Part shown: positions 9,589 to 18,550 of the stretch, piece by piece
Layout of the letters: every line of letters starts with the position of its first letter
Position numbering within the stretch: the first letter of the stretch is position 1
Assembly (NCBI GenBank): GCA_045642905.1
Contig: JAZUJT010000046.1
Location: 20,952-84,951, forward strand
Reading direction: 5' to 3'
Length of the DNA stretch: 64,000 nt
Source: Lachnospiraceae bacterium
GTDB taxonomy: Bacteria > Bacillota > Clostridia > Lachnospirales > Lachnospiraceae
Made by a program: the position numbers and the translations under genes
The notes under the pieces: model-generated
Told to the model about the DNA's origin: nothing
What the model saw: only the letters and a program-made list of their open reading frames with translations
Databases searched by the model: none

Positions 9589-10814
9589 TGAATACTGTTA
9601 TTATCGGAGCCGGTGCCGCAGGCCTTATGGCAGCGTATTCTGCGGCTTTATCTCATGATAAGGTTACGATATTTGAGAAAAACGAAAAGGTCGGCAAAAA
9701 GCTGTTTATTACCGGCAAGGGAAGATGCAATGTAACCAATGCTTCCGATGCCGAGAACTTCTTTTCGAATGTTAATCGAAATCCGAAGTTTTTATTCAGT
9801 GCATTTTACGGCTTTGACAATAATTGCGTCATGGACTTTTTTGAGTCAAACGGGTGTCCTTTGAAGGTGGAAAGAGGAAACAGGGTTTTTCCGGTATCCG
9901 ACCATTCTTCGGACATTATAAAAGCTTTGGAAAAAGCGGTTTTAAATCAGGGCGTCAATATTGTTTTGAATACTCCGGTTGAAAAGATATTGTCTGAAAA
10001 CGGAGCGGTTACGGGTGTTTTATTAAAGAACGGAAAGCGTGTTTTTGCCGATAAGGTTATTCTTGCAACGGGCGGTATTTCGTATCCGCTTACCGGTTCA
10101 ACGGGTGACGGTTACGAATTTTCCAAAAATCTCGGACATACAATAATGGAACCCAAGGCTTCACTTATTCCTTTAACCTGTGAAGATATTTGGGTATCGA
10201 GCCTGATGGGTTTATCTTTAAAGAATGTTGAATTAAGCCTTGTTGATGAGAAGGGAAAGAAGATTTTTTCGGAAATCGGTGAAATGCTTTTTACTCATTT
10301 CGGCATTTCCGGGCCTTTGGTTCTTTCATTAAGTGCGTACTATCAAAATTGTAAAGATTTGGGAAAGAAGGTTTCTGTTTCGCTTGATTTAAAGCCCGGA
10401 CTTGATTTTGAAACGCTTGACAAACGCATACTCAGGGATTTTGAAGAAAACAACAACAAGGTTTTCAAGAATTCTTTGGATAATCTGTTGCCTCAAAGAC
10501 TGATTCCCGTTGTTATAGATAAATGCGGCACGGATCCTTTAAAGAAGGTTAATTTGATTACAAGAGAAGAAAGAAAAAGACTTGTAGAAACTTTAAAGAA
10601 TTTTTCTTTTGACATAAAAGGAACAAGACCGGTTGAGGAAGCCATTATTACAAGGGGCGGTGTAAACGTAAAGGAAATCAATTCCTCCACGATGGAATCT
10701 AAACTTGTCAAGGGACTTTATTTCGCCGGAGAAATAATAGATTGTGACGCAATGACAGGCGGATACAATCTTCAAATCGCCTGGTCGACGGGTTATCTCG
10801 CCGGGCTTGAATAG
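9588..10814 (+). CDS. HI0933/BaiN-family flavoprotein oxidoreductase
   Basis: GAGAAG, GKGRCNVTN, ATGG.SYP.TGSTGDG, LFTHFGISGP, TGGYNLQ. Confidence 0.93.
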   Translation: MNTVIIGAGAAGLMAAYSAALSHDKVTIFEKNEKVGKKLFITGKGRCNVTNASDAENFFSNVNRNPKFLFSAFYGFDNNCVMDFFESNGCPLKVERGNRVFPVSDHSSDIIKALEKAVLNQGVNIVLNTPVEKILSENGAVTGVLLKNGKRVFADKVILATGGISYPLTGSTGDGYEFSKNLGHTIMEPKASLIPLTCEDIWVSSLMGLSLKNVELSLVDEKGKKIFSEIGEMLFTHFGISGPLVLSLSAYYQNCKDLGKKVSVSLDLKPGLDFETLDKRILRDFEENNNKVFKNSLDNLLPQRLIPVVIDKCGTDPLKKVNLITREERKRLVETLKNFSFDIKGTRPVEEAIITRGGVNVKEINSSTMESKLVKGLYFAGEIIDCDAMTGGYNLQIAWSTGYLAGLE

Positions 10815-10823
10815 GAGGGTTTT

Positions 10824-11501
10824 ATGAACGGATTTTTTGCCATTGCGATTGACGGTCCCGCAGGTGCGGGAAAGAGTACAATTGCTCGAAAGGTTTCCAA
10901 GGAACTTGGATTTATTTATGTTGATACGGGTGCCATGTACAGAGCCATGGGTCTTTTCTGTCTTGAAAACTCAATTGACCCTGCCGATGAAAAGGCTGTC
11001 AACAGTCGCCTTGATGACATGAATGTTTCGATAGATTATGTTGACGGAGAGCAGGTTGTTATCTTAAACGGCAACAACGTTAACGGACTTATAAGAACTC
11101 CCGAGGTCGGTAACTTTGCTTCGGCGGTTTCGGTGCACAAAAAGGTAAGGGAAAAGATGGTTTCCTTGCAGCAGAAGCTTGCTCTTTCACAGAACGTTGT
11201 CATGGACGGAAGAGATATTGCTTCGGCGGTTTTACCCAATGCAGAGATTAAGGTTTATCTTGATGCGGATGTATCGGTAAGAGCCAAGAGACGTTTTGAC
11301 GAGCTTACGGAAAAAGGAGAATCCTGTGATTTTGATATTATTCTCGAGGAAATGAAGGAAAGAGATTACAGGGACATGCACAGAGACAATTCGCCGCTTG
11401 TAAGAGTTCCCGAAGCTACATTGATTGACAGCTCTTATATGAGCATCGATGAAGTCAAAGAAGCAATTATGAAGTTATATTATGAGAAAAAGGGAGAGTA
11501 G
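10824..11501 (+). CDS. cmk: Cytidylate kinase
   Basis: IAIDGPAGAGKST, DTGAMYRA, MDGRDI. Confidence 0.97.
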   Translation: MNGFFAIAIDGPAGAGKSTIARKVSKELGFIYVDTGAMYRAMGLFCLENSIDPADEKAVNSRLDDMNVSIDYVDGEQVVILNGNNVNGLIRTPEVGNFASAVSVHKKVREKMVSLQQKLALSQNVVMDGRDIASAVLPNAEIKVYLDADVSVRAKRRFDELTEKGESCDFDIILEEMKERDYRDMHRDNSPLVRVPEATLIDSSYMSIDEVKEAIMKLYYEKKGE

Positions 11502-11507
11502 CTTTAT

Positions 11508-12362
11508 ATGAATCGGAAGGTAACTCTTGCCGAACATGCGGGCTTTTGTTTCGGGGCAGCAAGAGGGTATGATGCCGTTGAAAATGCTCTTTTGAAGGAT
11601 ATGCCCATTTATACTTACGGCCCTATTCTTAACAATAAAAAGATTGTTGACGGTTTCTCACAAAAGGGTGTCCGCGTTGTTGATGATGTGGAAGAGTTCA
11701 AAAAGCTTCCTAAGGGACTGATTATCATAAGATCTCACGGTGTGCCCAAAGAAACTTACGAAAAGATTGTGGCTACCGGGTTTGAGGTATTTGATGCGAC
11801 ATGTCCTTTTGTTAAGCGCATACACAGAATCGTTGAAAAACAGAGTATGGAAGGCGATAAAATAGTAGTTATCGGTAATCCCTTGCATCCGGAAGTTATC
11901 GGTATTGTCGGATGGTGCGTTAATAAGGCGGAGGTAATCGAAAACCTTAATGAAGCGACTTTGTTTTCTAACTCTTCGCATCAAAGGGTTACTATTGTTT
12001 CTCAAACTACCTTTAATCGCAATAAATTTAAAGAATTAGTTGATATTTTCAATAAAAAAGATTATGATATAAATGTTATGAATACAATTTGCGATGCTAC
12101 TGCCATCAGACAGGAAGAAGCGGAGCTTTTGGCCGAAAAATGTGATGCCATGATTATTATCGGTGACACTAAAAGTTCAAACTCCGGCAAGCTGTATGAT
12201 ATTTGTAGCGAGAGGTGTAGCATGACATACTTTATAGAAACGGTTGATGACATTAAGGGGAAAATTCCGGAATCGGTCGAATCTATTGGTATAACAGCCG
12301 GGGCTTCAACCCCAAAATATATTATTGAGGAGGTTCAAAACTATGTCAGAAATGACTTTTGA
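11508..12362 (+). CDS. ispH: 4-hydroxy-3-methylbut-2-enyl diphosphate reductase
   Basis: AGFCFG, DATCPFV, HPEV, SQTT, TICDAT, SSNS, GITAGASTP. Confidence 0.95.
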   Translation: MNRKVTLAEHAGFCFGAARGYDAVENALLKDMPIYTYGPILNNKKIVDGFSQKGVRVVDDVEEFKKLPKGLIIIRSHGVPKETYEKIVATGFEVFDATCPFVKRIHRIVEKQSMEGDKIVVIGNPLHPEVIGIVGWCVNKAEVIENLNEATLFSNSSHQRVTIVSQTTFNRNKFKELVDIFNKKDYDINVMNTICDATAIRQEEAELLAEKCDAMIIIGDTKSSNSGKLYDICSERCSMTYFIETVDDIKGKIPESVESIGITAGASTPKYIIEEVQNYVRNDF

Positions 12363-13470
12363 ACAGATGCTCGACGCATCATTTAAAACAATACATACGG
12401 GAGAGGTTGTAGAGGGTACTGTTATCGACGTTAAGCCCAATGAAGCAATACTTAATATCGGCTACAAGTCTGACGGTGTTCTTAGCAAGGCAGAGTATAC
12501 CAATGAACAGAATGTCGACCTTACATCAGTCATCAAAGTTGGCGATACTTTAGATGTTAAGGTACTCAAGGTTAACGATGGTGACGGCCAGGTACTTCTT
12601 ACGTATAAAAGACTTGCTGCAGACAGAGGCTCCAAGAGACTTGAAGAAGCATTTGAGTCACAGGAAATTCTTACAGCCAAGGTTTCACAGGTACAGAACG
12701 GTGGCGTTTGTGTAGTAGTTGAAGAGGTTAGAGTATTTATTCCCGCAAGCCTTGTTTCAGACACATACGAGAAAGACCTTTCAAAGTATCTTGATCAGGA
12801 AATTGAATTCGTTGTTAAGGAATACAATCCCAAGAAGCGTCGCTTCATCGGCGATCGTAAGTCTATCCTTGTTGCAAGAAAGGAAGCTTTACAGAAGAAA
12901 CTTCTTTCATCTATCAAGGAAGGCGATGTAGTTGAAGGTACAGTTAAGAACGTTACGGATTTCGGTGTATTCATCGATCTCGGCGGTATTGACGGACTTT
13001 TACATATCTCGGAAATGAGCTGGGGACGTGTTGAGAATCCCAAGAAGAATTACAAGCCCGGCGATAAGCTTAATGTACTTCTTAAGGAAATCAGCGAGAA
13101 CAAGATTGCATTATCATTAAAGTTCAGCGATACAAATCCCTGGATTAACGCCGAAGAGAAATATGCAGTCGGAAATACGGTAACCGGTAAGGTTATGAGA
13201 ATGACTGATTTCGGTGCATTTGTTGAACTTGAATCAGGAATCGATGCTCTTTTACATGTTTCTCAGATTTCAAAGGATCACATCGAGAAGCCTTCGGATG
13301 TATTAAAGGTTGGCGATGAAGTTACAGCCAAGGTTGTTGATTTTAATCTTGAAGATAAGAGAGTCAGCATTTCGGTTAAGGCTTTGACAGCTCCCGAAGA
13401 AGTTAAGGAAGATGGCGATGTTGCCAGTGTTGACATCGAAGCTGTTATTGCACAGGATACAGAAGCATAA
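12343..13470 (+). CDS. rpsA: 30S ribosomal protein S1
   Basis: Four S1 repeats (DFGVFIDLGGIDGLLHISE; DFGAFVELESGIDALLHVSQ); ATG 12343 with GAGGAGG RBS inside the ispH 3' end. Confidence 0.95.
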   Translation: MSEMTFEQMLDASFKTIHTGEVVEGTVIDVKPNEAILNIGYKSDGVLSKAEYTNEQNVDLTSVIKVGDTLDVKVLKVNDGDGQVLLTYKRLAADRGSKRLEEAFESQEILTAKVSQVQNGGVCVVVEEVRVFIPASLVSDTYEKDLSKYLDQEIEFVVKEYNPKKRRFIGDRKSILVARKEALQKKLLSSIKEGDVVEGTVKNVTDFGVFIDLGGIDGLLHISEMSWGRVENPKKNYKPGDKLNVLLKEISENKIALSLKFSDTNPWINAEEKYAVGNTVTGKVMRMTDFGAFVELESGIDALLHVSQISKDHIEKPSDVLKVGDEVTAKVVDFNLEDKRVSISVKALTAPEEVKEDGDVASVDIEAVIAQDTEA

Positions 13471-13494
13471 ATATTTGATTGATGAGGTAGACCT

Positions 13495-14271
13495 ATGACT
13501 TTCGATTATGAGTATTTCAAGAAGGCAATCTACGATATGACTAAAATCGACTTAAATGCTTACAAAGAGAAGCAGATGAAACGTCGTATCGATACTCTTA
13601 TTGAGAAGCATAAGGTTGTGGGCTATGATAAGTATGTTGCTTTACTTAAAAGCGACAAGGAGAAGTTTGAAGAGTTTGTAAGTTATCTTACAATCAACGT
13701 TTCCGAATTTTACCGCAATCCCGAACAGTGGGAATTGATGGATAAGGAAATCTTCCCCGAACTTATCAAAAATTTCGGTAAGAACCTTAAGATTTGGAGC
13801 GCAGCATGTTCTACGGGAGATGAGCCGTATTCATTGGTTATGGCGCTTTCAAGACATGTTCCGTTAAATCAGATTAAGATTTACGCTACAGATATTGATA
13901 AGCAGATTCTTGAGAAAGCTAAGCTGGGTCTTTACAATGCGAAGAGTATTGAAAATGTACCCGACGACTTAAAGAAGAAGTATTTCACCGAGATTGGCGG
14001 AGCCTACAAGATTTCCGATGAAATCAAGGCAAGAGTTGAATTTACACAGCATAATCTTTTGAAGGATGATTTCCCTACAAATTATCATATGATTGTTTGC
14101 AGAAACGTTCTTATTTACTTTACCGAAGAGGCGAAGGATGAGATTTTCAGAAGATTTTCCGATTCTCTTTGCCACAAGGGCGTTCTCTTTATCGGAAGCA
14201 CGGAACAGATTATCAATTATAAGGATATGGGTTTTGCCAGAAAGAATTCTTTCTATTACGATAAGCCTTAA
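13495..14271 (+). CDS. cheR: Chemotaxis protein-glutamate methyltransferase
   Basis: TINVSEFYR, IWSAACSTGDEPYS, ATDID, CRNVLIYF. Confidence 0.95.
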   Translation: MTFDYEYFKKAIYDMTKIDLNAYKEKQMKRRIDTLIEKHKVVGYDKYVALLKSDKEKFEEFVSYLTINVSEFYRNPEQWELMDKEIFPELIKNFGKNLKIWSAACSTGDEPYSLVMALSRHVPLNQIKIYATDIDKQILEKAKLGLYNAKSIENVPDDLKKKYFTEIGGAYKISDEIKARVEFTQHNLLKDDFPTNYHMIVCRNVLIYFTEEAKDEIFRRFSDSLCHKGVLFIGSTEQIINYKDMGFARKNSFYYDKP

Positions 14272-14277
14272 ATTATT

Positions 14278-14304
14278 AAAGCCACATGCATTGCATGTGG
14301 CTTT
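14278..14304. terminator. Bidirectional terminator hairpin between convergent genes
   Basis: AAAGCCACATGCA-T-TGCATGTGGCTTT perfect inverted repeat. Confidence 0.8.
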
Positions 14305-14308
14305 GCTT

Positions 14309-15403
14309 TTACAATAGATTTGCCAAGATGTGATTGGCATAATCGGAAAACAGTTGTCTGTCGGTTTTTCTCTCGTCGGTAAGTTCGAAATAAGTAATCT
14401 TGGAATTATAGCTTTCTTTAAAGAACGGTTCAAATATCGGTTCCCATTGAGGCAAAAATCTCGATAATTTTTTCGTGTAGCAGTTTGAAACCTTGGCCTG
14501 TTCTCTTTTATCTTTATCAACGAAGGCTGCAACCGATTTGTGAAGTGCTATATCTTCGAAAGGAAGATAATAGTAATCTTTAAAATTCGCAAAGAAATAT
14601 TTAAGTTCACCGTTGCAAATAGGTACTCGTAAAAGTGCCTGAGTTCCGTTTCCGGTAAAATAAATTCCGTTGGATAAATATGTTACCGGTATCGGGAATG
14701 GATTTGGAAGTTCGAAGGCCATCAGAAGTTCTTCTTTATCGGCACCGTTTATATCAATAAATGATGATGCACTTACTTTCAAAACTTTCACCTTTTGGTT
14801 AAAAAGGTCGGAATATGAGAGTATCGGAAGCAGTTCGAGCATGCCTGCAATATCTTCAAAATTATGCAGAAGAAGCTTCTCTTTAAGGTCCTCGTCCTTA
14901 CTCTTTACATATTCATGATAGATTCCTATTAAATCGCCGCCGCTGTAGATGTCTTCGCGGTCGATTTTTAAAAACTTTTCTATGGTTTTCTGCTTGCAGT
15001 TTTCAATCTTAAGCAAAGGCTTTAACGGCTGTACTCTTTTATAAATATCAATTCCTTCAAATGAATCGAAATTATAATCAAGGTTAAATTCTTTGCATTT
15101 ATCAAGTATATAGGGAATATCAAAATTGTTTCCGTTAAAGTGAATTAACTTTTTAAATTTTTGGGCAAAATAAAAGAATTCTTCCAAAAGCTCAGCCTCG
15201 TCGCTGTAATCATTTGCAAAGAACTGGACGGTTTGCCATTTCTCATATTCATGGAAGACACAACCTATTAAATACAACTTGGATGTTTTTGCGGTAAATC
15301 CGGTAGTTTCAATATCAATAAACAAAATGTCTTCGGGATTGGATATTGTTGATATCGGATATGAAAGCTTAATGTTATCTAAAATATGACGTATGGTTTC
15401 CAT
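14309..15403 (-). CDS. YprB/RNase_H_2-type DEDD 3'-5' exonuclease with C-terminal extension
   Basis: FIDIETTG, FNGNNFDIPY, LHNFED. Confidence 0.85.
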   Translation of the reverse strand: METIRHILDNIKLSYPISTISNPEDILFIDIETTGFTAKTSKLYLIGCVFHEYEKWQTVQFFANDYSDEAELLEEFFYFAQKFKKLIHFNGNNFDIPYILDKCKEFNLDYNFDSFEGIDIYKRVQPLKPLLKIENCKQKTIEKFLKIDREDIYSGGDLIGIYHEYVKSKDEDLKEKLLLHNFEDIAGMLELLPILSYSDLFNQKVKVLKVSASSFIDINGADKEELLMAFELPNPFPIPVTYLSNGIYFTGNGTQALLRVPICNGELKYFFANFKDYYYLPFEDIALHKSVAAFVDKDKREQAKVSNCYTKKLSRFLPQWEPIFEPFFKESYNSKITYFELTDERKTDRQLFSDYANHILANLL

Positions 15404-15514
15404 GAGATTCTCCTTTATTTTCTACTATGATAACATCCATAATTATTTCTCTCAAGTATACGACTTTATGTTTAATATTTTATTATATTTTTCCTTTCTT
15501 TCGAACTGTTTTTT

Positions 15515-15543
15515 TTGACATAGGTTGCAATAAATAGTATATT
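15515..15543 (+). promoter_or_regulatory. Sigma-A promoter of rnf operon
   Basis: TTGACA-17-TATATT. Confidence 0.7.
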
Positions 15544-15593
15544 TATTTATATGGGCTTAGTAGCAAAATTAATTAAGCGAAGGGATTACAATT

Positions 15594-16913
15594 ATGGCAA
15601 AAATGACTTTTTCGGGAGGCATACATCCTTATGACGGCAAGGAGATGTCTAAGGATATTCCCATTAAAGAATTGAAGCCGGGTACAGAATTAATATATCC
15701 GTTGAGTCAACATATCGGTGCTCCGGCGAAAGCAATCGTTGCAAAAGGAAATCATGTTTACGCGGGACAGAAAATAGCGGAAGCGGACGGATTTATGTCT
15801 TCTCCGATTTATTCTTCGGTTTCCGGTAAAGTATTGGATGTTTGCGAGCGCCGCATTATTTCCGGTAACGATGCTATGTGTATTGTTATTGAAAATGACG
15901 GTATGTATATTCATATGGATCCCTGGTCGGTTAAACCTTTGGAAGAGATGACCGATGAGGAAATCATAAATCGTATAAAGGAAGCCGGTATTGTCGGTAT
16001 GGGCGGAGCCGGATTTCCTACTCATGTAAAGCTTACTGTTAAAGAACCGCAGAAGATTGACTATGTCATCGTTAACGGTGCCGAATGTGAGCCTTATCTT
16101 ACCAGTGATTATCGAAAGATGATAGAGGAACCCGAAGTCCTGTTGGAAGGACTTAAGGTCTATCTTAAACTTTTCCCTTATTCTCTAGGAATAATTGCAA
16201 TCGAAGACAATAAGCCCGATTGTATTAAAGTATTTAAGGCACTTACCAAAGAGGAGCCCCGTATTACGGTTAAGGCTTTGAAGACCAAGTATCCGCAAGG
16301 CTCGGAAAGACATCTTATTTACGCGGTTACGGGAAGAGAGATTAATTCCAAGCTGCTTCCTTCCAATGTCGGATGCGTCGTAAATAATGTTGATACCGTT
16401 ATTGCGGTCAGAAACGCAATATATAAGGGCATTCCGTTACTTTACAGAATCGTAACCGTAACAGGTAATTGTATTAAAAATCCCAGAAACTTTAAGGTTA
16501 GAATCGGTACCAAGTACAGTGAACTTCTTGAAGCCGCCGGCGGATTCAAGAAAGAACCGCAGAAGATTATTTCGGGTGGTCCCATGATGGGAACCTGTAT
16601 GTTCGATCTTGATGTTCCGGTTACCAAATCGGCTTCAGCGTTATTGTGTCTTTCAAATGATGATATTTCGAAAGCCGAATCGTCTGCGTGCATAAATTGC
16701 TCTGCTTGTACCAAAGCCTGTCCGAGCCGGCTGGTTCCCAAAGACCTTTCAAATCACGCCGAGTTTGGCAATGAAGAAGCTTTTCTTGAGGAACATGGTC
16801 TTGAGTGCGTTGAATGCGGATGCTGCAGTTACGTATGTCCCGCTAAAAGACCTTTGGCTCAGAATATAAAATCCATGCGCAAGATGTGCCTTGCCAATAA
16901 GAAGAAAAAGTAG
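15594..16913 (+). CDS. rnfC: Rnf complex subunit C
   Basis: QHIGAP, GIVGMGGAGFPTHVK, NGAECEPYLTSD, GGPMMG, two ferredoxin motifs. Confidence 0.97.
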   Translation: MAKMTFSGGIHPYDGKEMSKDIPIKELKPGTELIYPLSQHIGAPAKAIVAKGNHVYAGQKIAEADGFMSSPIYSSVSGKVLDVCERRIISGNDAMCIVIENDGMYIHMDPWSVKPLEEMTDEEIINRIKEAGIVGMGGAGFPTHVKLTVKEPQKIDYVIVNGAECEPYLTSDYRKMIEEPEVLLEGLKVYLKLFPYSLGIIAIEDNKPDCIKVFKALTKEEPRITVKALKTKYPQGSERHLIYAVTGREINSKLLPSNVGCVVNNVDTVIAVRNAIYKGIPLLYRIVTVTGNCIKNPRNFKVRIGTKYSELLEAAGGFKKEPQKIISGGPMMGTCMFDLDVPVTKSASALLCLSNDDISKAESSACINCSACTKACPSRLVPKDLSNHAEFGNEEAFLEEHGLECVECGCCSYVCPAKRPLAQNIKSMRKMCLANKKKK

Positions 16914-16925
16914 GAGGAAATTGTT

Positions 16926-17852
16926 GTGAACGGATTACTTAATGTTTCATCGAATCCGCATATCAGATCGAACATTACAACAAGCAGTATTATGCTTCTT
17001 GTTGTTATTTCGCTTCTTCCTGCTGCAGGCTTCGGTGTATTTCATTTTGGCTTAAATGCTTTGCTGCTTTTGTTTGTTTCAATCATCGGATGTGTTCTTT
17101 TTGAGTTTTTGTTTAACCTTTTATGCAAAAGAAAGACGACAATCGGTGATTTATCTGCCGTAGTAACAGGTCTTTTACTCGGCATGAATCTTCCTCCGAG
17201 AGCACCCTGGTGGATTGCTCTTGTCGGTTCGTTTTTCGCTATAGTTATAGTAAAGATGCTTTTCGGCGGAATCGGTCAGAACTTTATGAATCCTGCACTT
17301 GGTGCAAGATGCTTTTTGATGATTTCGTTTACTTCCATTATGACCAATTTCAATATCGATTCATACACCGGCCCGACTCCGTTAAGAATCATGAAGGACG
17401 GCGGAACCGTTGATATTATCGATATGCTTAAAGGATATACCGCAGGTACTATCGGTGAGACAAGCGCAATAGCTTTATTAATCGGTGCGGCATTTTTGGT
17501 TGTTTGCGGTGTAATCGATTTGGTTATTCCGGCTACTTATTTATTTTCTTTTGCCATCTTCATGGGTTTGATGGGCGGACACGGATTTGACGTTACTTAC
17601 ATTTGCGCACAGCTTGTAGGAGGCGGACTTATTCTTGGCGCGTTTTTCATGGCAACCGATTATGTTACAAGACCGGTTACTTATAAAGGTCAGTTCATTT
17701 ACGGCATTATCTTAGGATTTTTGACCTGCATTTTACGTGTTTTCAGCCCTATGGCCGAAGGCGTTTCTTATGCGATCATTATTTCGAACCTTTTGGTGCC
17801 GTTAATTGATAAATTTACGAAGCCTTCTTTCTTCGGGAAAGGAGCAGCATAA
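16926..17852 (+). CDS. rnfD: Rnf complex subunit D
   Basis: GGIGQNFMNPAL, GTIGETS, FFMATDY; GTG start. Confidence 0.95.
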   Translation: MNGLLNVSSNPHIRSNITTSSIMLLVVISLLPAAGFGVFHFGLNALLLLFVSIIGCVLFEFLFNLLCKRKTTIGDLSAVVTGLLLGMNLPPRAPWWIALVGSFFAIVIVKMLFGGIGQNFMNPALGARCFLMISFTSIMTNFNIDSYTGPTPLRIMKDGGTVDIIDMLKGYTAGTIGETSAIALLIGAAFLVVCGVIDLVIPATYLFSFAIFMGLMGGHGFDVTYICAQLVGGGLILGAFFMATDYVTRPVTYKGQFIYGIILGFLTCILRVFSPMAEGVSYAIIISNLLVPLIDKFTKPSFFGKGAA

Positions 17853-18550
17853 TGAAAGATTACAATGAACAGGTTGAAAACGAATTGAATGAAGAAGTGC
17901 TTGTTGTGGAGACTTCCGAAAAACTTTTTACCGGGGAAAGAGTTATGGAACTTTTGAAAAACACCTTGATTCTTTTCGCCATTACTTTTGTTTTCGGCGG
18001 TATTTTAGGTGTTGTTCATGCCGTTACTTTAGATCCCATTACCAAGATGGAACAGAAGGTTAAGGATGATGCCAACAAGGCAGTGTTTTCATACGCCGCA
18101 TCTTTCAAAGAAATTCCCGTTGATACAGAGAAGATGAAGGAGTTTTTTGAAGGAAGCTTTGATAAAGTCGATATAACCGGCGTATTGGAGGCATATTCCT
18201 CCAATAATGATTTGCAGGGTTATGTAATTGAAGTTACTTCTCATGAAGGCTTTGGCGGAGATATAGTTTTCAGCATCGGTATTATGAACAACGGTACGAC
18301 AAACGGTATTTCCATTACGTCCATAAGTGAGACGGTTGGTCTTGGCATGAATGCAGCCGAAGTTTTGGGACCTCAGTTTATTGAAAGAAATGCCGAAACT
18401 TTTGTTTTGACCAAAGAAAATGCCGTTTTGGACAATGAAATCGATGCCATCAGTAGCGCAACGATTACTTCAAAGGCTGTTGTAAACGGAGTAAATGCTT
18501 CAATTTGCTATTTTAAAAATGTTTTGATAGGAGGTAACGGTAATGAATAA
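17852..18550 (+). CDS. rnfG: Rnf complex subunit G
   Basis: Single TM, GFGGDI, ETVGLG, DAISSATITS FMN site. Confidence 0.93.
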   Translation: MKDYNEQVENELNEEVLVVETSEKLFTGERVMELLKNTLILFAITFVFGGILGVVHAVTLDPITKMEQKVKDDANKAVFSYAASFKEIPVDTEKMKEFFEGSFDKVDITGVLEAYSSNNDLQGYVIEVTSHEGFGGDIVFSIGIMNNGTTNGISITSISETVGLGMNAAEVLGPQFIERNAETFVLTKENAVLDNEIDAISSATITSKAVVNGVNASICYFKNVLIGGNGNE

